In this document: one piece after another, positions 46,901-57,879 of the stretch | How positions within the stretch are numbered: the stretch's first letter is position 1 | How the letters are laid out: every line of letters starts with the position of its first letter | Notes under the pieces: generated by a model | The model's database searches: none | What the model was told of the DNA's origin: nothing | The model's input: only the letters and a program-made list of their open reading frames with translations | From: Balanoglossus misakiensis | Lineage: Eukaryota > Animalia > Hemichordata | NCBI GenBank assembly: GCA_040954595.2 | Contig: CM082579.2 | Span: 13,331,834 to 13,395,833, forward strand | DNA length: 64,000 nucleotides | Direction of reading: 5' to 3' | Made by a program: the position numbers and the translations under genes

Positions 46901-49900
46901 GCTCATTCAAAATTTGTATGTGTTGCTGAGGCAAAGAAACAACAGATGCCCGGTACCACAGAGTAGACGTAACAAGGGAGTTGATAATAAGGGTTTTCCC
47001 TTTGAAGGGCAATTTAAGAAATGACCAAGATTTCAGAATTCTGCAAATTTTAGGAATGCGCTGAGCCCAATTGAAATCATCAGCAACTGATTTGTCATGA
47101 TTCAACATGACACCAAGAATGACCATGCCATCCAGTTGAAGCTTAACAGGTAAGGGGCAGTCAGTACGCCCTCTTTTGTTTCCTATCCACATCAAAGCAC
47201 TTTTGTTCAGATTAACCTTTGATCCAGAAGCTTTACCATAATCACAAAAGACCTGATACGCTTCGCGGATAGAATGGTCATCGCTAACGGTTAGAGTGGT
47301 GTCATCAGCATGTTGATAAACTAATAAGGAAGATACAGTACTGCCAGGAATTTGAATACCATGTATGTTGTGGTTATGCTGAATAGCGGCATTTAGAGGC
47401 TCAGCCGACAGCATGTACAACATTGCTGACAGCGGGCACCCTTGTCTGACACTTCGTTTAATTAACACCGAGTCAGACAAAAACACGTTAATTTTTACAT
47501 TACTCATAATCTGGTTGTACATAATGGAAATCCATTTAACAAAGTTGTCACCGAACCTGAACGCCCTTAGTGTGTTAAGCAAATAATTGTGATCAACGCG
47601 ATCAAAGGCTTTCATCTGATCAAATTTCACAATGGCACCTGGACAGTTACTGGAATCAACATGATGAATAAGATCTCTCATACAGAAAACATTGTCCACA
47701 ATGTCACGACCTGGGACACAGCAAGTTTGATCCGGGCTGACTATAAAGGGCATGATTTTACTAAGTCTAAGGGCAAGTGTTTTAGTAAGGATTTTGTAAT
47801 CACAGTTGAGGAGGGTGATAGGAAGCCAGTTTTTAATAAAGCGGGGGTCACAGTCAACTTTTGGAATGAGTGTAATGAGGCCAGTTTTCATTGACTCGGG
47901 GAGATAGTTATTTCCAAAAATACAATTAAAAATATCTAACATATCATCTTTTAGGACATCCCAGAAATGTTTATAGAATTCATACGGTATGCCATCTAAA
48001 CCAGGGCTTTTGTTATTGATATTTAGCGAGTTTATCTTTCTCTCTCCTGAGCACTCCGTATTCAGACTTGCCCAAGTGAAGCGCGACAAAAATATGACCA
48101 TGTTTCCCTGCATGTTTTATTTACCTGACAGATAAAAACGCAGCGTTGATATTGAAATGAATTGGCTTTATGAAAATGATAAAAATTACAATAATAATGT
48201 CGTTAAAAATTCTCACAAAAAAAAAAAGAAATAAAAAAGTGGTCTCGAACCAACATCAGTTGACACCTTCAGGTAAAAGGGTAGCCTTCCTGAACCATTC
48301 GCCATCACGATGTGTACTCGAAAAAGTCGGAAATTTTCCGCACTATATTGCAGCATAACTCCAATGATCTTATTTGCACCGCAGCGATGCAAATAAGAGT
48401 TCCCTGCACCGCAGCGGTGCGAATAAGAGTTCCCTGCCGCGCAACGATCTGACCGTTCTTTATTCACTCCTCGGCGACAAAAACGTTTTATTACGGCCTT
48501 AATAACGACTTTTTCGCTCCTTGGTTTCGCTCCTTGGTTATTTGCACCGCAGCGGTGCAAATAAGAGTTCCCTGGCCCCGCAATGATCTGACCGTTTTTT
48601 ATTCACTCCTCGGCGACAAAAAAGTATATTACGGCCTAAATAACGACTTTTTCGCTCCTCGGTTGGTCATGCGGACGGAAAGACACGGTTTTAGCGAGTT
48701 TATCTTTCTCTCTCCTGAGCACTCCGTATTCGGACTTGCCAAAGTGAAGCGCGACAAAAATATGACCATGTTTCCCTGCATGTTTTATTTACCCGACGGA
48801 TAAAAACGCAGCGTTGATATTGAAATGAATTGGCTTTATGAAAATGATAAAAATTACAATAATAATGTCGTTAAAAATTCTCACAAAAAAAAAGAAATAA
48901 AAAAGTGGTCTCGAACCAACATCAGTTGACACCTTCAGGTAAAGGGTAGCCTTCCTGAACCATTCGCCATCACGATGTGTAATCGAAAAAGTCGGAAATT
49001 TTCCGCACTATATTGCAGCATAACTCCAATGATCTTATTTGCACCGCAGCGATGCAAAAAAGAGTTCCCTGCAACGCAGCGGTGCGAATAAGATTTCCCT
49101 CCCCAACAACGATCTGACCGTTCTTTATTTACTCCTCGGCGACATAAAACGTTTTATTACGGCCTAAATAAGGACTTTTTTCGCTCTTTGGTTGGTCATG
49201 CGGACGGAAAGACAGGGTTTTAGCGAGTTTATCTTTCTCTCTGCTGAGCACTCCGTTATTCAGACTTGCTTAAGTGAACCGCGACAAAAAATGGCCAAGT
49301 TTCTCTGCATGTTTGTTATACCAGACTGATAAAACCGCAGCGTAGATATTGAAATGAATTGGATTTATGAAAATGATAAAAATTACAATAATAATGTCGT
49401 TAAAAATTCTCACAAAAAAAAAGAAATAAAAAAGTGGTCTCGAACCAACATCAGTCGACAACTTCAGGTAAAAGGCTAGCCTTCCTGAACTTTTCGCCAT
49501 CATGATGTGTACTCGAAAAAGTCGGAAATTTTCCACTCTATATTGCAGCATAACTCCAATGATCTTATTTTCACCGCAGCGGTGCAAATAAGAGTTCCCT
49601 GCACCGCAGCGGTGCGAATAAGAGTTCCCTGGCCCCGCAATGATCTGACCGTTCTTTATTCACTCCTCGGCGACAAAAACGTTTTATTACGGCCTAAGTA
49701 ACGACTTTTTCGCTTCTTGGTTGGTCATGCGGACGGAAAGACACGGTTTTAGCGAGTTTATCTTTCTCTCTGCTGAGCACTCCGTATTCAGACTTACCCA
49801 AGTGAACCGCGACAAAAAATTGGCCAAGTTTCCCTGCATGTTACTTATACCCGACAGATGAAAAAAGCAGCGTAGATATTGAAATGAATTGGATTTATGA

Positions 49901-50508
49901 AATTGTTAAAAATTACAATTATAATGTCGTTAAAAGTTCTCACAAAAAATAGAAATAGAAAAAAAGTGGTCTCGAACGAACATCAGTTGACACCCTCAGG
50001 CAAAACCTTTCCTGAACCTTTTGCCATCACGATGTGTACTCGAAAAAGTCGGAAATTTTCCGCACTATATTGCAGCATAACTCCAATGATCTTATTTGCG
50101 ACGCAGCGGTGCAAATACGAGTTCCCTGCACCGCAGCGTTGCGAATAAGATTTCCCTCCCCAACAACGATCTGACCGTTCTTTATTTACTCCTCGGTGAC
50201 ATAAAACGTTTTATTACGGCCTAAATAAGGACTTTTTTCGCTCTTTGGTTGGTCATGCGGACGGAAAGACAGGGTTTTAGCGAGTTTATCTTTTTCTCTG
50301 CTGAGCACTCCATTATTCAGACTTGCCCAAGTGAACCGCGACAAAAAATGGCCAAGTTTCTCTGCATGTTTGTTATACCCGACAGATAAAAAACGCAGCG
50401 TAGATATTGAAATGAATTGGACTTATGAAAAAGATAAAAATTACAATGAAAATGTCGTTAAAAGTTCTCAAAAAAAAGAAATAGAAAAATAAAGTGGTCT
50501 CGAACCAA
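43926..50508. repeat. Tandem array of a ~530-bp unit (504-668 bp) with an internal 30-bp subrepeat, interrupted by a LINE
   Basis: The anchor GCAGCGT(A/T)GATATTGAA occurs at 43932, 44436, 45027, 48140, 48808, 49337, 49867 and 50395. The subrepeat TGCACCGCAGCGGTGCAAATAAGAGTTCCC has 1-4 copies per unit. Confidence 0.96.
45181..48022 (-). mobile_element. 5'-truncated, decayed L1/Tx1-clade non-LTR retrotransposon (RT and C-terminal region)
   Basis: Motifs NKSPGLDGIPYEFY, PITLLNCDYKIL, DQMKAFDRVDH, VRQGCPLS and HADD (YADD-type). There is an in-frame stop at 46821 and frameshifts near the Zn-knuckle (HLFVC). The 3' UTR has AATAAA and an A-tail at 45181-45197, and the endonuclease domain is absent. 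Confidence 0.92.
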
Positions 50509-50520
50509 TTCATTACTTAC

Positions 50521-51990
50521 AGTTCCAATAACAATCTGACATGGCCTTCATCACCATCCCTTGCTGCATAATGCAAAGGAGTGTCTCCATCCTGTAAGTA
50601 ATGAAGGAGGAGCATGAGAATAATGTCACAAAAATTGAAATATAATGTGAAATTTCCTTAAACAAAAAAAAAACAAAAAAATATTTCAATACTTTCAGAA
50701 TTAACCTATAGAAGTCAGGTTGGTATTTACCTTGTTTTGTATGTTAGCATCAGCTTTGTGTTCCAATAACAATCTGACACGTCCTTCATCACGAAACCTT
50801 GCTGCATAATGCAAAGGGGTGTCTCCATCCTGTAAGTAATTAAGGAGGAGCATGAGAATAATGTCACAAAAAGTGAAATCTAATGTGAAATTTCCTTAAA
50901 CAAACAAACAAACAAACAAACAAACAAATAAATGAATAAATATATCCGCATTGATAGAATAAACCTGCTGAAGTCAGGTTGGTATTTACCTTGTTTTGTA
51001 TGTTAGCATCAGCTTTGTGTTCCAATAACAATCTGACATAGCCTTCACCACCATCCCTCCTTGCTGCATAATGCAAAGGAGTGTCTCCATCCTGTAAGTA
51101 ATGAAGGAGGAGCATGAGAATAATGTCACAAAATTGAAATGTAATGTGAAATTTCCTTAACCAAACAAACAAACAAACAAATAGACAAATACACAATAAA
51201 ATGAATAAATATATCCGCATTGATAGAATTAACCTGCAGAAGTCAAGTTGGTATTTACCTCGTTTTGTATGGTCACATCAGCTTTGTGTTCCAATAACAA
51301 TCTGACAAGGCCTTCACCACCATCCCTCCTTGCCGCATAATGCAAAGGGGTGTCTCCTGTCTGTAAGTAATGAAGGAGGAGCATGAGAATAATGTCACAA
51401 AATTGAAATGTAATGTGAAATTTCCTTAACCAAACAAACAAACAAACAAATAGACAAATACACAATAAAATGAATAAATATATCCGCATTGATAGAATTA
51501 ACCTGCAGAAGTCAAGTTGGTATTTACCTCGTTTTGTATGGTCACATCAGCTTTGTGTTCCAATAACAATCTGACAAGGCCTTCACCACCATCCCTCCTT
51601 GCTGCATAATGCAAAGGGGTGTCTCCTGTCTGTAAGTAATGAAGGAGGAGCATGAGAATAATGTCACAAAATTGAAATGTAATGTGAAATTTCCTTAAAC
51701 AAACAAACAAACAAACAAACAAACAAACTAACAAACAAACAAACAAACAAATAGACAAAGACACAAACAAATGAATAAATATATCCGCATTGATAGAATT
51801 AACCTGCAGAAGTCATGTTGGTATTTACCTTGTTTGGTATGGTCACATCAGCTTTGTGTTCCAATAACAATCTGACAAGGCCTTCACCACGACACCCTCT
51901 TACTGCATAATGCAAAGGGGTGTCGCCATTCTGTAAGTAATGAAGGAGGAGCATGATGAGAATGTCAAGAAAAATGAAATGTAACATGAG
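50521..51990 (-). repeat. Tandem exon+intron unit of ~240-300 bp with (CAAA)n; 6 copies here and 2 more at 54700-55200
   Basis: Near-invariant intron flanks CTGTAAGTAATGAAGGAGGAGCATGAGAATAATGTCACAAAA and GAAGTCA(A/G)GTTGGTATTTAC. Confidence 0.93.
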
Positions 51991-54900
51991 GTTATTTTGT
52001 TAAAATGAACGATCGAACAAACACACAAACGACAAATAATCGCAAACTCCCTTGTGGATAATATTAACCAACAGTAAATGGCATTTGAACAGAAACAGTA
52101 TCGACTCTACACACAAGATGTGTAATTCAGTTTTATACATGCATTTTAACGAGCTAAAAGAATTCTGACAAAATATCTGCCAGTTGATACAGAAAGAAAA
52201 GTTACTATAAATAATTCACAAACAAACTCAAATTTGACAACTTGCAAAACAGATAACATTACGGACAACCACTACACCAATTTTAAACTGAACTTTATTT
52301 ATGATTTTCTATCAAAAAACTGACAGTGATGTGATGTTTGTGAACATTTCCTGAATGGGACCAATTTATTTTTGCAACCTGCACAATATAGAAGAAGATT
52401 TAGCAAACAACTACAGTGACATTTAGTAGAATTGTCAGAAGAATTTTGAATAATCACATCTCATCTCCAATATGATGACAAATTTGAGATATGTGGAGAT
52501 TTATGTGGAAACAGTTCAAACATCTGAGCTAACCAAACTATGTATATTTCCTGTAGGAGGGCATCAGACTGTTCTCAGCACAAAGTAGCCAAGCTGTGCA
52601 GACTGAACGATGTCGATCAAAGGGGAAATAACAGAGAAATTGTATGTGACAAGGGATAAATCAATCATCATTAAAATAAATTTCTACTGAGTGGTCCAAC
52701 AATATCAGGTAGAGTTGTGCAATGGTGTCACTAGTTATTTGTAGAAATAGTGTTTAAATAAAAAAACTTGAACTTCACCAAAAAAAATCCATCTGAAGAA
52801 AGTTAACACTGATTCCCTTTCTCCATCGCACTGCATCAAAAAGTCTAATAACCAAAGAAAGACTTCAGTGGACACTGTGGCCAATGGGAATGTGTGGCAA
52901 ACAAAATTAAATGCAATGAATGCAGTCATTCTTTTCATGAAATATAAAGAACAAACAAAATTATCAAAACTCTTCATAAGAGATACCATTGAAAGCCACA
53001 GTAGCACTAACTTTCAAGGACATTTGTGTAACCATTCCAGCCGTGCCCCACACTAAAACAGAACAGATTGGACCAGTCACACTTCCCTTAATCCTATTGT
53101 TCCCAATGTTTATCTCATCAATATATCTATTGCATGCTTTTAGCGCCTTCTCTCAGGTTCTGGAACCTGGTTGGTTAAAACTGGCTGTTCTGGCCATCTT
53201 GATCACCCCTTTGAAATGATTGGGTAAGTGACAGACAGTGATGAGAAGCTGAGGAGTGGAGCCGCACAGACCTCATGTTTTATAAGCTTGAGCTATTTCC
53301 AAGAGAAAGAGCAATCCAAATGCTGCCGCTGTGTTGCTCAGAATGATGAAAAAAATCATCCGACTGAACAATTTAATGTTAAAATGTATTATATTTTATA
53401 AAGTTTATAAAAGGTAAATTGGGTTGGCACTGTGCTATTCGGCCTGAAGTACAAGCTAAAACTGGCCGACTCCTCTCGGCACCGTCAACAAGCACCCCTG
53501 CCCCAGCAAGTCCCCAACTTGACATGTGTGATGTGACCATGGCTGCGCATCCGTCCTTCGGTCCTAAAAGTTGCCAAACAAACCCCAGTTTAAAACGGCC
53601 CCAATCAGAGCCGAATGAAAACAAGTTCTTCTGGTAAAGTCTTACTCAAAATGTTGCTATGACTATAATTCTGACACAAAACTGAGCATGAGTGTGGACT
53701 GATTGCATAAAAATATTTTGAAAGTACTTCCTGTAAAAAAGGGAGGAGGCTCCACAAACCAGACTATTTTTGTTTATGTACATGATGTACTTGTGCGAGG
53801 GTTGTCAACTTGATAGCCATTCTCAAGATTTACAATCGTTATAAGAGTGTAAGTATACAAGAAAAGTAAACTCCTGAATATTAAAGGGACAAAGTCTCTC
53901 TCTCTCTCGCTTCCCTTTTTCCATTAATTATGTTTGATACAAGACACTGTTTATGTTATTCTACATGTGTATGCAGTGAATCAACGTTCGACCACATACA
54001 AATATGCAAAGGAGAATTTATTAATAAGCCATACCCACCAAAATCTTATCAGATCTAGAACTTATCATAACAATGCTACATACACAATTTCATATCATTG
54101 GATTCAATTTCTCTCAAGATATGAGTGGAACAAAATCTGTCTACAGAAGGGCAGACAGAAATCGATGTGCCAATAATGAGATTATTATTTAAACCACAAA
54201 AGATTGACGATAAACAATGCAATAAACAACAACATCCTTATGTTCAACAAGACAGTTTTTGGCAGATGCTGGAGACAATCCCCCTTTCTCATAACTCCAA
54301 ATTGCTCACAGTGGAGATCAAATGTCTCAGATATAGGAGAGACAATCACATCACCATAATGAATCAATACTTGCCTGTGTCTGGACAACACCTGGCCGAG
54401 AGGAAGTAGTTTTGATTCAAAGGACAATGATAAATTATATGGCACCTCCTTATGATGAATTGTATTAGGTACCAGACAGGAGTTGGCAGATGCTGGAGGC
54501 CGACAGACAATCACCCTATCTGATACTTTCTGTGATAGGATTGGCATGGACTGTCATCAGTCTGTCTGTACAACACCTGACCAATGGAGGGAGTAGTTTT
54601 GATTCAAAGGGCAATGGACAAATATATACATTGTATCCCAGACACAATTTACTAAGAAAACTACAGAGGAAATGGCACTATTGAGAAAGCTCATACTTTT
54701 AGAATTTACCTGCAGAAGTCAGGTGGGTATTTACCTTGTTTTGTATGGTTACATCAGCTTTGTGTTCCAATAACAATCTGACACGGCCTTCACCAACATC
54801 CCTCCTTGCTGCAGAGTGCAAAGGGGTGTCTCCCCACTGTAAGTAATGAAGGAGGAGCATGAGAACAATGTCACAAAAATTAAACGTAATGTGTAATTTT

Positions 54901-56011
54901 CCTTAAACAAAAAACAAACAAACAAACAAACAAAAAATAAATGAATAAATCATTCCATACTGATAGATTACCCTGCAGAAGTCAAGTTGGTATTTACCTG
55001 GGTTTGTATGGTAACATCAGCTTTGTGTTCCAATAACAATCTGACACAGCCTTCACCACCAAACCCTGCTGCATCATTCAAAGGGGTGACTCCATCCTGT
55101 AAGTAATGAAGGAGAAGCATGGGAACAATGTCACAAAAATTGAAATGTAATATGAGGTTTCTTTAAACAAACAAACAAACCTACAAATAAATAAACAAAT
55201 ATCAAAAGTATCAGCCATATTGCAAAAAAACAACCAAGAATGGCATACTGACTGATTTGAAAGGATAATCCACAGTCCTTCTACAAACAAAATGAAAATT
55301 GCCGACTGTTAAAATGAATACAGATCAAAGAATGACGGTGAAGAATCTCAATTGATTCTAACAGCGAGGAAAACGCTTTGACTGGTCATATAGCTTCTAA
55401 CATTGGATGTTTTAGACTCCATAGCTTAACTAAGGATGGAGGGGATCTGGAAGATTTAAAAAAAGATTGCCAGCAAAATTTCAGAGATGGCTTGAAAAAA
55501 AATAAAAATTTGTTAACTTTGGTGAAACACAAAAAAATCCATCAAAATTTACTTTCTGGAACATATTTAATCATTCGGAACGAATGTGTCAAATACACTA
55601 TGGTTCAACATCTTTGGCTAAATTGTAAAGATTGTTAAATTTAGAGTGCAATGTGTCCCACTGTCCTTCCTATGGCTGGATCCCAAGGGTATCATGGTTA
55701 GTAAAACTAAATCAGTATGGGTAATACTTTTTGGCCTTTCCCTCTTCTTGTTCAGGGTTAGCTTGTTTCTTCCCATTGAATTTGGATCATGCAAAGTAAT
55801 TTTGGATGAAAATAAGAGTGTTGTAATTAGGTCTTTTTCAAAGGCATTTTTTTTTGTTATCCAATTGTGTGGCCACGTTATCCATAATTAAGTGATAAGT
55901 CAGTTCACGTACCTCATCCTTCGCATTGACATCTGCACCATGGCTAATCAACACCCTGACAGCATCCAATTTACCTTTGAAGGACGCTGCATGCAATGCT
56001 GTGGAATCATT
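50521..56011 (-). CDS. Ankyrin-repeat protein gene (partial) with one repeat per exon; exons 55913-56011, 54998-55096, 54735-54836, 51829-51930, 51528-51629, 51259-51360, 50990-51091, 50731-50829, and truncated 50521-50591
   Basis: Each full exon is 99 or 102 bp, phase 0, flanked by CAG/GT and stop-free. Examples are NDSTALHAASFKGKLDAVRVLISHGADVNAKDE and DGDTPLHYAARRDGGEGYVRLLLEHKADANIQNK. Start and stop exons were not found, so it may be a pseudogene. Confidence 0.85.
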
Positions 56012-56271
56012 CTGGAATAAAGACGTTTAATGTTGGAATAAAAATGACATCACAAATCTGATACTTGCAATGTGAGTCAACTGCTTGATCTTTTGATGAA
56101 GAAACTCTAGGAATTTCATCACAATGAGCTTCAGTCACTATTGTAATAATGGTTTTGATTACGATGGTGTGTTATTTCAGTAATAGACTGATATAGATTT
56201 GAATCTGAAAGATCATAATAATGGTATTTTCTAAGGTTGAGTGACAATTCTCTATGACCAAAACACATGTA

Positions 56272-56449
56272 CAGTAAAACCCGTCTAATCCGAACACCAA
56301 AGGGACAGAAGAAATTGTTCAGTTTACAGACGTTTCCGGTTTGTAAAGGTTCTTTTAACACGTGGTTCTATGTCAAGGGGACAGGAAAATGTGTTCATTA
56401 TAGACAGTTTTCCAGATACGGCATGTTCCATTTCGACAGGTTTTTACTG
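56272..56449. mobile_element. ~180-bp Tc1/mariner(pogo)-type MITE
   Basis: TA-CAGTAAAACCCGTC...GACAGGTTTTTACTG-CA; imperfect TIRs and a TA-like target site. Confidence 0.65.
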
Positions 56450-57392
56450 CATGTGGTTGAACCACATTGAACCAAACTGTAGACTGATACCATGTTCACA
56501 CTAGGTAAAACTGGAACTGTTGATGAAAAAGTCCGCGCTGAATTGAGATTATTTATATTTGTGGGCTAGTGTAGGTCTGTTTTTGCACAATCTAAATGTG
56601 GTGTTGTGTGCAGTTTCATTGTATTGCAAAGTTGTGGCGTAATAATTGTACCATGTTTGTTAATATGTTGAACTCTAATGTAACTTGAGTCACGAACGAT
56701 TGCGACATGCAAGTACTGAAATGTCGCCATCTCAGAAAAGAACTGCATCGCCACTTCTTGTATTGGTTCTCTCTTGCGTGTCTAATAAAACCTTCGTCGC
56801 GAGAACGTTACATTATCCACATTACCGGCAGACAAAATAAGTGTAAACGTCCTCCAAAAATAAACGGGAAACCCGTTTTACTAAGAGGTGTATCCGATCT
56901 GCACCATCGATTTATTGCAGTTTGAATGAATGATGTTACCAGAAATTGCAATATTCAGCGTGGCAGTTTCTTGTCAGATATGGACCTAACAGACTTCAAT
57001 GAATCACTAATACAAGCCGAAGTAAACATGGCGCCCTTTTGTGACCCAACGCTTCTTTGAATACCACTTATCCTAAACCAGTTATATCTTGTGGGTTTTA
57101 CATTACAGGTGAACCAGTGTCGAATACACCTGGGTATACAGACCATGTTAGCTCTGATGTTACTGACACCAGTTATTCAAAAATGTCAACAGATGTCACA
57201 GAAGATACTGGCGCTGATGCTAAATCTGAAACTAGAATGACTGAAACAGAATCCTCGTTAGAGTTAACCGTAATGCAGCGATACGAAACGACAGATAACG
57301 AAGTTCTGACAGACATCCCTGATTACAAGGGCACTGAGAGCGTGTCTGGTTTCATCTTGAAGGAAAACCCTACTATAACGGCTACAACTGTA

Positions 57393-57452
57393 GTGCATGG
57401 GGGGGGGGGATTTTGGCGCTATATAAACTTTGTTGATTGATTGATTGATTGA
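57393..57452 (+). mobile_element. Extreme 3' tail of an L2/CR1-type LINE or partner SINE
   Basis: TTGGCGCTATATAAA followed by (TTGA)n; matches the tail at 60188-60228. Confidence 0.65.
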
Positions 57453-57831
57453 TGGGACTGAACCAGACGTTGAGGGAGCCCACACTGATTCTGTCTCCAT
57501 ATCAACAGATACAATCGACGCCAGCATCTTCTCTCCTCATACTGCATGTAAAGGTCCACTGTGCCAACATTTCCCAAGCATTAGTGTTGTCGATGGCGAT
57601 TCGAAAGTGCCCCGCTGTAAGTATAGGCCCACTGTGCTTCACAATCACAATTGTAGAAACAAAACACAATCAAATAATATAAAATGAGACTGGACGGCCT
57701 TAATATTTTTGAAACACCTGCATGATATCACTTCTTTATTTTGCCAGAGGTCCGTGCATCTTTCTTTCACGGTTTTGTCTTCTGGCTGCATTTATGGTTG
57801 TCTGTGCTAGGCCACGCTGTGCTGCTGATGT

Positions 57832-57876
<45 letters not shown>
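57832..57876. repeat. (GT)n microsatellite
   Basis: Read directly. Confidence 0.95.

Positions 57877-57879
<3 letters not shown>

Noticed and set aside
48023-48113. N-terminus of the 430-aa RT ORF
   Set aside because: It is read-through from the 530-bp repeat into the truncated LINE, not a real start.
50864-51987. Hydrophobic signal/TM-like leaders on the ankyrin ORFs (e.g. MRIYLFILLCICLFVCLFV)
   Set aside because: They are translated intron and (TTTG)n microsatellite upstream of clear CAG acceptors.
54255-54620. Degenerate ~200-bp direct duplication (GGCAGATGCTGGAG..GTAGTTTTGATTCAAAG)
   Set aside because: Only two diverged intronic copies, with no further structure to classify.
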